A stretch of DNA of 64,000 nucleotides from the human T2T-CHM13v2.0 reference genome, Homo sapiens, in the NCBI RefSeq assembly GCF_009914755.1, contig NC_060932.1; one strand, written 5' to 3'. The position numbers were made by a program, and so were the translations under genes. Below are positions 40,446 to 52,824 of the stretch, piece after piece (position 1 is the stretch's first letter; each line of letters opens with the position of its first letter). The notes under the pieces are model-generated. The model worked only from the letters and a program-made list of their open reading frames with translations, ran no database searches and was not told the DNA's origin.

Positions 40446-43400
40446 TTTTTGTAGAATCTGCAAGTGGATACTTGGAGCACTTTGAGGCCTATGGTGGAAA
40501 AGTAAATATCCACACATAAAAACTTGACAGAAGCTTTCTCAGAAACTTCTTTGTGATGTGTGCATTGAACTCGCAGAGTTGAACGTTCCTTTTCATAGAG
40601 CAGTTCTGAAACATGCTTTTAGTAGAATCTGCAAGTGGATATTTGGAGTTATTTGTGGCCTATGGTGGAAAAGGAAATATCCTCACATAAAAACTGGACA
40701 GAAGCATTCTCAGAAACTTCTCTGTGATGTGTGCATCCAACTCACAGAGTTGAACGTTCCTTTTGATAGAGTGGTTTTGAAACACTCTTTTTTTAGAATC
40801 TGCAAGTGGATATTTGGAGACCTCTGAGGTCTATGGTGGAAAACGAAATATCTTCACATAAAATATAGACAGAAGCATTCTCAGAAACCTCTTTGTGATC
40901 CGTGCATTCAACTCACAGAGTTGAACCTTTCTTTGATTGAGCAGTTTTATCACACTCTTTTTGTAGAATCTGCAAGTTGATATTCGGAGCGCTATGAGGC
41001 CTATGTTGGAAAAGGAAATATCCTCACATAAAAACTAGACAGAAGCACTCTCAGAAACTTCTTTGTGATGTGGGCATTCAACTAACAAAGTTCAACCTTT
41101 CTTTTGATAGACAAGGTTTGAAACACTCTTTTTGAAGAATCTGCAATAGGATGTTTTTGGCGCTTTGAGACCTATTATGGAAAATTAAATATCTTCACAT
41201 AAAATCTAGAAAGAAACATTCTCAGAAACTTCTTTGTGACGTTTGCATTCAACTCACAGAGTTGAACCTTCGTTTTGATAGAGCAGTTTTGAAACACTCT
41301 TTTTGTAGGATCTGCAAGTGGATATTTGAGCACTTTGTGTCCAATGTTGCAAAAGGAAATATCTTCAGAAATAAACTAGACAGAAGCATTCTCAGAAACT
41401 TCTTTGTGTTGAGTGCATTCAACTCAAACAAGTGAAACGTTCTTTTGAGAGGGCACTTTTGAAACAGTCTTTTTGTGGAATCTGCATGTGGATATTTGGA
41501 GTGCTTTGAGGCCTATGGTGGAAAAGGAAATATCCTAATATAAAAACTAGACAGAAGCATTCTCAGAAACTTCTTTGTGATGTGTGCACTAACTCACAGA
41601 GTTGAACGTTCCATTTGATACAGCAGCATTGCAACCCTGTTTTTGAAGAATCTGCAATGGGATGTTTTTAGCGCTTTGAGGCCTATGGTGGAAAAGGAAA
41701 TATATTCACATAAAGCTAGACAAAAGCATTGTCAGAAACTTCTTTTTGATGTGTGCATTCAACTCACAGAGTTGAACCTTTCCTTTGACCGAGGAGTTTT
41801 GAAACACACTTTTTCTAGAATCTGAAAGAGGACATTTGGAGCACTTTAATGCCTAAGGTGGAAAAGGAAGTATCTTCACATAAAAACTTGACAGAAGTAT
41901 TCTCAGAGACTTCTTTGTGATGTTTGCATTCAGTTCACAGAGTTGGCCTTCCTTTCGATAGAGCAGTTTTGAAACACTCCTTTTGTAGAATCTGCAAGTG
42001 GATTTTTGGAGCGTTTTGAGGCCTATGTTGGAAAAGAAAATATCCTCTCATAAAAGCTAGACAGAAACATTCTCAGAAACTACTCTGTGACGTGTGCATT
42101 CAACTCACAGAGTTGAATCTTTCTTTTGCTAGAATAGTTTTAAAACGCTTTTTTTGTAGAATCTACAAGTGTATATTTGGAGTGCTTTGAGGCCTTTGGT
42201 GGAAAAGGAAATATCCTCACATAAAAACTAGACAGAAGAATGCTCACAAACTTCTTTGTTATGAGTACATTCAACTCATAGAGTTGAACCTTCCTATTGA
42301 TAGAGCAGTTTTGAAACACTCTTTATGTAGAATCTGCAACTGGATATTTGGAGCAATTTGAGGCCTATGGTGGAAAAGGAAATATGCTCAAGTAAAAACT
42401 AGAAAGAAGCATTCTCAGAAACTTCTTTGTGATATGTGCATTCAACTAATGGAGTTGAATCTTTCTTTTGATTGAGCAGTTTTGAAACACTCTTTTTGTA
42501 GAATCTGCAAGTGGATATTTGGAGCGCTTTGAGGACTATTGTGGAAAAAAATATCCTCACATAAAAAGTAGACAGAAGAATTCTCAGAAACTTATTTGTG
42601 ATGTGTGCATTCTACTCATAGATTTGAACCTTCCTTTTGATATAGCGCTTTTGAAACACTTTTTGTAGGATCTGCAAGTGGATATTTGGAGTGATTTGAG
42701 GTTTATGGTGGAAAAGGAAATATCCTCACATATAAAGTATACAGAGGGATTCTCAGAAACATCTTTCTGATGTGTACATTCATCTCACAGAGATGAGCCT
42801 TCCTTTTGATAGAGCAGTTTTGAAACACTCTTTTTGAAGAATCTACAAGTGGATATTTTGAGCCTTTCGAGGACAATGCTGGAAAAGTAAATATCCTCAC
42901 ATAAAAAGTAGACAGAGGAATTCTCAGAAACTTCTTTGGGATGTGTGCTTTCAACTCACTCAGTTGAACCTTCCTTTTGATAGAGGAGTTTTGAAACACT
43001 CTTTTTGTAGAATCTGCAAGTGGACATTTGGAGCGCTTTGAGGCCTATGGTGAAAAAGGAAATATCCTAAATTAAAAACTAGACAGAAGCGTTCCGAGAA
43101 ACTTATTTGTGATGTGTGCATTCAACTCACAGAGTTGAACATACTTTTTTATAGAGCAGTTTTGAAACACTCTTTTTGTGGAATCTGCAAGTGGATATTT
43201 GGAGGACTTAGAGGCCTATGGAGGAAAAGGAAATATCTTCACATAAAAACTAGGTAGAAGCATTCTCAGAAACTTCTTTGCGATGAGTGCATTGAACCCT
43301 CAGAGTTGAACCTTTCTTTTGATAGAGCAGTTTTGAAACACTCTTTTTGCAGAATCTGCAAGTGGATATTAGGAGCGCTTTGAGGTATAAGGTGGAAAAG

Positions 43401-45719
43401 GAAATATGCTCACATAAAAACTAGACTGAAGTATTCTCAGTACCTTCTTTGTGGCGTTTGCATTCAACTCACAGAGTTGAACCTTCCTTTCGATAGAGCA
43501 GTTTTGAAACACTCTTATTGTAAAATCTGCAAGTGGATATTTTTATCTCTTTGAGGTCTATGGTGGAAAACAAAATATCCTCTCATAAAAACTAGTCAGA
43601 AGCATTCTCAGAAACATCTTTGTGATTTGTGAATTCAACTCACAGAGTTGAACCTTCCTTTTGATAGAGCAGTTTTGAAATACTCTTTTTTGTACAATTT
43701 TTAATTGGACATTTGGAGCGCTTTAAGCCAATGGTGGAATAGGAAATATCTTCACATAAAAACTAGACAGAAGCATTCTCAGAAACTTCTTTGTGATGCG
43801 TACATTCAACTCACAGAGTTGAAATTTTCTTTCAATAGAGCACTTTTGAAACACTCTTTTTCTAGAATCTGCAAGTAGATATTTGGAGAGCTTTGAGGCC
43901 TAGGATTGAAAAGGAAGTATATTCACATAAAAAGTAGACAGAAGCATTCTCAGAAACTTCTTTGTGATGAGTGCATTCCACTCTCAGAGTTGATCCTTTC
44001 TTTTGATAGAGCAGTTTTGAAACACTCTTTTTGTAGATTCTGCAAGTAGATATTTGGAGTGCTTTGAGGCCTAGGATTGGAAAGGAAGTATATTCACATA
44101 AAAACTAGACAGAAGCATTCTCAGAAACTTCTTTATGTTGTGTATATTCTACTCACAGAGCTGTACTTCCCTAAGTTTGAGCAGTTTTGAAACACTCTGT
44201 TTGTAGAATCTGCAAGTGGATATTTGGAGAGCTTGGAGGCCTGTGGTGGAAAAGGAAATATCTTCACATAAAAACTAGACAGAAACATTTTCAGAAACTT
44301 TCTTGTGATGAGTGCATTCAACAAACAGAGTTGAACCTTTCTTTTGATAGAACAGTTTTGTAACACTCTTTTTGTGGAATCTGCATCTGCATATTTGGAG
44401 CGCATTGAGGCCTTTGGTGGAAAAGGATGTGCCCTCAACATTAAAAACCAGACAAAAGCATTCTCAAAAACTTCTTTGTGTTGTGTGCATTCCACTCACA
44501 GAGTTGATCCTTTCCTTTGATTGAGCAGTTTTGAAACACGCTTTTTGTAGAATCTGCAAGTGGATATTTGGAGTGCTGTGAGGCCTATCATGGAAAAGGA
44601 ATATCTTCACATAAAAACAAGACAGAAGCATTCTCAGAAACTTCTTTGTGATGTGTGCATTCAAGACACAGAGTTGAAACTTTCTTTTGATACAGCAGCT
44701 TTGAAACACTCTTTTTGTAGAATCTCCTAATGCATATTTTGATCCCTGTGAGGCCTTATTTGGAAACGGGAATATCTTCACATAAAAAGGAGAGAGAAGC
44801 ATTCTCAGAAACTTCTCTGTGTTTTTTGCATTCAACTCACAGAGTTGAAACTTTCCTTTGATTGAGCAGCTTTGAAACAATCTTTTTGTAGAATCTGCAA
44901 GTGGATATTTGGAACACTTTGAGGCCTATGGTGGAAAAGGAAATATCTTCACATAAAAACTAGACAGAAGCATTCTCAGAAACTTCTTTGTGATGTGGGC
45001 ATTAAATGCACAGAGTTGAAATTTTATTTTGATACAGTTGCAACATCTGCAAGTGGATATTTGGAGCGCTTTTAGGCCTATGGTGGAAAAGGAAATATCT
45101 TCACATAAAAACTAAACAGAGTCATTCTCAGAAACTTCTTTGTGATGTGTGCATTCAACTCACAGGTTTGAACTTCTCTTCTGATAGAGCAGTTTTGAAA
45201 CACTCTTTTTGAAGAATCTACAAGTGGATATTTGGGATGATTGGCAGCTTATGGTGTAAAAGTAAATATCTTCACATAAAAATTAGATAGAAGCATTCTC
45301 AAAAACTTCTTTGTGTTGTGTGCACTCAACTCACAGAGTTGAACTTTTCTTTAGATAGATCAGTTTTGAAACAGTCTTTTTGTAGAATCTGCAAGTGGAT
45401 ATTTGGAGGGCTTTGAGGCCTATGATGGAAAAAGAAATATTCTCACATACAAACTAGAAAGAAGCATTCTCAGAAACTTCTTTGTGATGTGTACATTCAA
45501 CTGAGACAGTTAAACCTTTCTTTTGAAAGAGCAGTTTTGAAACACTGTTTTTATAGAATCTGCAAGTGGAATTTTGGAGTGCTTTGAAACTTTGGTGGAA
45601 AAGGAAATATCTTCACATGAAAACTAGACAGAAGCATTCTCAGAAGCTTCTTTGTGATGTGTGCATTCATGTCACAGAGATTAAACTTCCTTTTGACAGA
45701 GCAGTTTTGAAACACTCTT

Positions 45720-46605
45720 ATTTTTTTTCTTTTTTCTTTTCTTTTTTTTTTTTAATTAATTTATTTATTTATTTATTTATTTTTATTATTATACTTTAAG
45801 TTTTAGGGTACATGTGCACATTGTGCAGGTTAGTTACATACGTATACATGTGCCATGCTGGTGTGCTGCACCCATCAACTCGTCATCCAGCATTAGGTAT
45901 ATCTCCCAATGCTATCCCTCCCCCCTCCCCCCACCCCACCACAGTCCCCAGAGTGTGATGTTCCCCTTTCTGTGTCCATGTGATCTCATTGTTCAATTCC
46001 CACCTATGAGTGAGAATATGCGGTGTTTGGTTTTTTGTTCTTGCGATAGTTTACTGAGAGTGATGGTTTCCAATTTCATCCATGTCCCTACAAAGGACAT
46101 GAACTCATCATTTTTTATGGCTGCATAGTATTCCATGGTGTATATGTGCCACATTTTCTTAATCTAGTCTATCATTTTTGGACATTTGGGTTATGAACAG
46201 ACACTTCTCAAAAGAAGACATTTATGCAGCCAAAAAACACATGAAAAAATGCTCACCATCACTGGCCATCAGAGAAATGCAAATCAAAAGTACAATGAGA
46301 TACCATCTCACACCAGTTAGAATGGCAATCATTAAAATGTCAGGAAACAATAGGTGCTGGAGAGGATGTGGAGAAATAGGAACACTTTTACACTGTTGGT
46401 GGGACTGTAAACTAGTTCAACCATTGTGGAAGTCAGTGTGGCGATTCCTCAGGGATCTAGAACTAGAAATACCATTTGACTCAGCCATTCCATTACTGGG
46501 TATATACCCAAAGGACTATAAATCATGCTGCTATAAAGACACATGCACACGTATGTTTATTGCGGCATTATTCACAATAGCAAAGACTTGGAACCAACCC
46601 AAATG
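45720..46605 (-). mobile_element. Short young LINE-1 (L1PA2/3-like) with 5' inversion
   Basis: Poly-T tail from ~45720, antisense 3'UTR to 46192, sense segment 46193-46605; TSD-like tgaaacactctt (45708) / tgaaacaatctt (46604). Confidence 0.93.
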
Positions 46606-48536
46606 AAACAATCTTTTTGTAGAATCTGCAACTGGATATTTGTTTCCTTTGAGGCCTATGTTGAAAAAGGAAATATCTTCACATAAATGCTACACAAAAG
46701 CATTCTCTGAAACGTCCCTGTGATGTGTGCATTCAACTCACAGACTTGAACCTTTCTTTTCATAGTGCAGTTTTGAAACACTAGTTTTGTAGAATCTTCA
46801 GGTGGATAATTGGAGAGCTTTGAGGCCAATAGTTGAAAAGGAAATATCTTCATAGAAAAACTAGACAGACGCATTCTCAGAAACTTCTTTGTGATTTGTG
46901 CATTCAACTCACAGAATTGAAACTTTCTTTTGATATAGCAGTTTTGAAACACTCTTTTTGTAGAAACTGCAAGGGGATATTTGGAGTGCTTTGTGGCATA
47001 TGGTGGAAAAGGAAATATCTTCACATTAAAACTAGACAAAATCATTCTCAGAAACTCCTTTATGACGTGTGCATTCAACTCACAGTGTTGAACATTTCTT
47101 TTGATAGAACTGTTTTGAAACACTCTTTTTGTAAAATCTGCAACTGGATATATGTTGCTCTTTCAGGCCTATGGTGCAAAAAGAAATATCGTCACATAAA
47201 ATCTAGACAGAAGCGTTTTCCAAAACTTCTTTGCGATGTGTGCATTCAAGTCACAGAGTTTAACATTTTTTTTTTGACAGAGCAGTTTTGAAAGACTCTT
47301 TTTGTAGAACCTGCAAGTTGATATTTGGTTCCTTTTGAGGACTATTTTGGAAAAAGAAATATCTTCACATAAACACCAGACAGAAGCATTCTCAGAAACT
47401 GCTTTGTGATGTGCGCATTCAACTCAGAAAGGTGAAACTTTCTTTTGATAGAGCAGTTTTGAAACACTCTTTGTGTAGAGTCGGCAAGTAGATATTTGGA
47501 GTGCGTTGAGGCCTATGGTGGAATAGGAAATATCTTCACACGAAAACTAGACAGAAGCATTCTCCGAAACCTTATTGAGATATGTGCATTAAACTCACAG
47601 AGTTGCACATTTCTTCTGATAGAGCAGTTTTGAAACACTCTTTTTGTAGAATCTGCAAGTGGATATTTGAAGAATTTTGAGGCGTATGGTGGAAAAGGAA
47701 ATATCTTCACGCAAAAACTGGACAGAATCAATCTCCAAAACTTCTTTGTGATGTGTGCATTCAACTCACAGGGTTGAAACTTTCTTTTGACAGTGCAGTT
47801 CTGAAACAATCGTTTTGTAGGATCTGCAAGTGGATATTTGGTTTCCCTTGAGGCCTACGGTGAAAAATAAATTATCTTCACATAAAAACTAGACACAAGC
47901 ATTCTCCAAAATGTCTTTGTAATGTGTGCATTCAACTCAAAAATTTGAACCTTTCTATTGATTGTGCAGTTTTGAAACACTCTTTTTGTAGAATCTGCAA
48001 AGGGATATTTGTTTCCCTTTGATGCCTAACTTGGAAAACGAAGTATCTTCACATGAAAACTAGACAGAGGCATTCTCCGAAAATTCTTTGTGATGTGTGC
48101 ATTCAACTCACAGAGTTGAACCTTCCTTTTCATAGAGCAGTTTTGGAACAGTCTTTTTGTAGTATCTGCAACTGGATATTTGAAGTGCTTTGAGGCCTAT
48201 GACGGAAATGCAAGTATCTTCACATAAAAACTAGACACAAGCATTTTCAGAAACTTGTTTGTGATGTGTGCATTCAACGAACAGAGTTGAACCTTTCTTT
48301 TGATAGAGCAGTTTTGAAACACTCTTTTTACAGAAACTGCAAGTGGACATTTGGAGCGATTTGCGGACTGTTGTGGAAAAGGAAATATCTTCAGATAGAA
48401 AGTAGATAGAAGCATTATCAGAAACTGCTATGTGATGTGTGAATTCAACTCACAGAGTTGAACCTTCCTTTTGGTAGAACAGTTTTGAAACACTTTTTGT
48501 AGAATCGGCAAGCAGGCATTTGGACCGCTTTGGTGC

Positions 48537-48553
48537 TTTCGGTGGAAACGGGA
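48537..48553 (+). other. CENP-B box with intact core
   Basis: TTTCGGTGGAAACGGGA matches nTTCGnnnnAnnCGGGn. Confidence 0.85.
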
Positions 48554-49391
48554 ATATCTTCACATAAAAACTGGACAGAAGCATTCTCAGAAACTTCTTT
48601 TTGTGATGTGTGCATTCAACTCACAGAGTTGAACCTTTCTTTTGATAGCGCAGTTATGAAAAACTCTTTTTGTAGGATTTGCAAGTGTATATTTAGAGCA
48701 CTTAGAGGCCTATGGTAGAAAAGGAAATATCTTCACATAAAAACTAGACAGAAGCATTCTCAGAAACAACTTGGTGATGTTTTCATTCATCTCACAGAGT
48801 TGAACCTTCCTTTTGATAGAGCGGTTTAGAAACACTCTTTTTGTAGAATCTCTAAGGTGATTTTTGGACTGCTTTGTGGCATTCGGTAGGAAAGGGAATA
48901 TCTTCATATAAAAAATAGAAGGAAGCATTCCCAGAAACTACTTCATGATGTGGGCATTCATCTCACAGATTTGAACAGTTTTTTTGGTACAGCAGTTTTG
49001 AAACACTTTTAGTAGAATCTGCAAGTGCATATTTGGAGTGCTTTGAGGCCTTCAGTGGAAACGGGAATATCTTCACATAAAAACTAGACAGAAGCATTCT
49101 CAGAAACTTCTTTGTGATGTGTGCATTCAACTCACAGATTTGAGCCTTCCTTTTGGTAGAACAGTTTTGAAACACTCTTTTTGTGGAATCTGCAAGTGGA
49201 TATTTGGAGCGCTTTGAGGCCTTCGGTGGAAATGGGAATATCTTCACATAAAAACTAGACAGAAGCATTCTCAGAGACTGCTTTGTGATGTGTGAATTCA
49301 ACTCACAGAGTTGAGCCTTCCTTTTGATAGAGCACTTTTGAAACACTCTTTTTGTAGAATCTGAAGGTGGATATTTGGAGTGCTTTGAGGC

Positions 49392-49408
49392 CTTCGGTGG
49401 AAACGGGG
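49392..49408 (+). other. CENP-B box with intact core
   Basis: CTTCGGTGGAAACGGGG matches nTTCGnnnnAnnCGGGn. Confidence 0.85.
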
Positions 49409-52400
49409 ATACGTTAACATAAAAACTAGACAGAAGCATTCTCAGAAACTTATTTGTGATGTGCGCATTCAACCCACAGAGTCGAAATTTTCTTTTGATA
49501 GAACAGATTTGAAACACTCTTTTTGGAACCTGCAATTGGATATTTGGTTTCCTTTGGGGCCTGTTTTTGAAAACAAAACACCCTCACAGAAGAACAAAAC
49601 AGAAGCATTCTCAGAAACTTCTTTGGGATGTGTGCACTCAACTCACAGAGTTGAAAGTTCCTTTTGATAGAGCAGTTTTGAAACACTCTTTCTGTAGAAT
49701 CTGAATGTGGATATTTGGAGTGCTTTAGGTCTTTTGTAGAAAAGGATATATCTTCACATAAAAACTGGACAGAAGCATTCTCAGAAACTGCTTTGTGAAG
49801 TTTGAAATCAACTCACAGTGTCGAAACTTCCTTCTCATAGGGCAGTTTTCAAACCGTCTTTTTGTAGAATCTGCAAGTGGATATTTCGAGCACTTTGAGG
49901 CCTTCAATGGAAACGGGAATATCTTCACATAAAAACTAGAGAGAAGTATTCTCAGAAACTTCTTTGTGATGTGTGCATTCAACTCACAGAGTTGAACATT
50001 TCGTTTGATAGAACAGTTTTGAAACAGTCTTTCTGTAGAATCTGCAAGTGGACATTTGGAGCGCTTTGATGCCTGTGGTGAAAAAGGAAATATCTTCACA
50101 TGAAAACTAGACAGAATCATTCTCAGAAAGTACTTTGGGATGTGTGGATACAACTCACAGAGTTGAAACTTTCTTTTGATAGGGCAGTTTTGAAACAATC
50201 TTTTTGTAGAATCTGCAATGGACATTTGGAGCGCTTTGATGCCTAGGCTGAAAAAGGAAATATTTTCACATAAAAACTAGACAGAAGCATTCTCAGAAAC
50301 TTCTTTGAGATGTTTGCATCAGCACACAGAGTTGAACCTTCCTTTTCATAGAGCAGTTTTGAAACACTCTTTTTGTAGAATCTGCAAGTTTATATTTGGA
50401 GCGTTTGAGGCCTATGGTGGAAAAGGAAGTATCTTCACATAAAAAGTAGACAGAAGCATTTTCAGAAACTTTTTTGTGATGTGTGTATTCATCTGACAGA
50501 GTTGAACGTTTCTTTTCATAGAGAAGTTTTGAAACATTCTTTTTGTAGCATCTGCAAGTGGATATTTGGAGCGTTTTGAGTCCTACGGTCGGAAAGAAAG
50601 CATCTTCACATAAAAAGTAGACAGAAGCATTTTCAGAAACTTGTTGGTGATGTGTGCATTCAACTAACAGAGTTGAACCTTTCTTTTGATAGAGAAGTTT
50701 TGAAACACTCTTTTTGTAGTATCTGCAAGTGGATATTTGGAGCTCTTTTAGGCCTATGGTGGAAAAGGGAATATCTTCACATAAAAACTAGAGAGAAGCA
50801 TTCTCAGAAACTTCTTTGTAATGTTTGCATTCAACTCAGAGTGTTTAACGTTTCTTTTCGATAGAGCAGTCTTCTAACATCTTTTTGTAGAATCTTCAAG
50901 TACATATTTGGACCGCTTTGAGGCCTATGGTAGAAAAGGAAATATCTTCGTATAAAAACTAGACAGAATCATTCTCAGAAACTACATTGTGATATTTGCA
51001 TTCATCTCACAGAGTTGAACCTTCCTTTTGATAGAGCAGTTTGGAAACACTCTTTTTGTAGAATCTGCCAGTGGATATTTGGAGGGCTTTAAGGCCTTCA
51101 GTGGAAACGGGAATATCTTCACATAAAAACTAGATAGAAGCATTCTCAGAAACTACTTTGTGATGTGTGCATTCAACTCACAGAGTTGAACCCTTCTTTT
51201 CATAGAGCAGTTCTGAAACAACCTTTTTGTAGGATCTGCAAGTGGACATATGGAGCGCTTCAAAGATTGAGGTGGAAAAGGAATTATCTTCAAATAGAAA
51301 CTAGACAGAAGTATTTTCAGAAACTTCTTTGTTATGTGTGCATTCAACTCAGAGTGTTGAACCTTCCTTTTGATAGAGCAGTTTTGAAACACACTTTTTG
51401 TATTATCTGCAAGTGGATATTTGGAGTGCTTTGAGGCCTACGGTGGAAAAGAAAATGTCTCCACATTAAAACTAGACAGAAGTATACCCAGAAACTTCTT
51501 CCAGATGTGTGCATTCAACTCACAGAATTGAACCTTTCTATTAATAGAGCAGTTTCGAAACACACGTTTTGTAGAATCTGCAAGTGTATGTTTGGTTCCA
51601 TTTGAGGCCTATGGTGAAAAAGGAAATATCTTCACATAAAAACTAGACACAAGTATTCTCAGAAACTACTTTTTGAAGAGTGCATTCAACTCACAAATTT
51701 GAAATTTTCTTTTGATAGAGCAGTTTTGAAACACTCTTTTTGTAAAATCTGCAAGTGGATATTTAGAGCAATTTCAGGCTTGTAGTGGGAAAGGAAATAT
51801 CTTCACATTAAAACTAGACAGAATCATTCTCAGAAACTTCTTTGTGATGTGTGCATTCAACTCACAGTGTTGAACCTTTCTTTTGATAGAACAGATTTGA
51901 AACACTCTTTTCCTAAAATCTGCAAGTGGATATATGATGCACTTTCAGTCCTACGGTGGAAACGGGAATATCTTCACATAAAAACTAGATAGAAGCATTC
52001 TCAGAAAATTCTTCATGATGTGTGCATTCAACTCACAGGGTTGAAACTTTCTTATGATAGTGCAGTTTTGAAACACTCTTTTTGTGGGATCTGTAAGTGG
52101 ATATTTGGAGTGCTTTGTGGCCTATGGTAGAAAAGGAAATGTCTTCATATAAAAACTAGACAGAAGCATTCTCAGAAGCTATTTTGTGATGTATGCCTTC
52201 AACTCACATAGTTGAAAGTTGTTTTTTTAGAGCAGTTTTGAAACCCTCTTATTGTAGAGTTTCCAAGTGGATATTTTGAGCACTTTGATGCCTACAGTGA
52301 AAAAGGAAATATCTTCACATAAAAACTAGACAAAATTATTCTCAGAAACTTCTTCTTTGTGATGTTTGCATTCACCTCACAGAGTTGAACATTCCTTTTC

Positions 52401-52807
52401 ATAGAGCTGTTTTGAAACATTCCTTTTGTGGAATTTGCAAGTGGATATTTGGAGCGCTTTGAGGCATTTGGTAGAAAAGGAAATATCTTCACATAAAAAC
52501 TAGACAGAAGAATTCTTAGAAACTTCTTTGTGATGTGTGAATTCAAATCACAGAGTTGAGCCTTTCTTTAGATAGAGCAGCTTTAAAACACTCTTTTAGT
52601 AGAATCTGCAAGTGTACATTTGGAGTGCTTAAAGGCCTGAGGTGGAAAAGGAAATATCTTCAGATAGAAACTATACAGAAGCATTCTCAGAAATTTCTTT
52701 GTGATGTGTGCATTCAACTCACAGATATGAACCTTTATTTTGTTAGAGCAGTATTGAAACACTCTTTTTGTAGAATCTGCAACTGGATATTTGGATTACT
52801 TTGAGGC

Positions 52808-52824
52808 CTTCGGTGGAAACGGGA
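52808..52824 (+). other. CENP-B box with intact core
   Basis: CTTCGGTGGAAACGGGA matches nTTCGnnnnAnnCGGGn. Confidence 0.85.

Larger units (their letters stand above)
38337..48500 (+). repeat. Younger alpha-satellite, almost all A-type monomers (M1/R2-like), interrupted by an L1
   Basis: cagaagcattctcagaaacttctttgtgatgtgtgcattcaactcacagagttgaac...ggcctatggtggaaaaggaaatatc; closer to consensus than the left layer. Confidence 0.95.
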
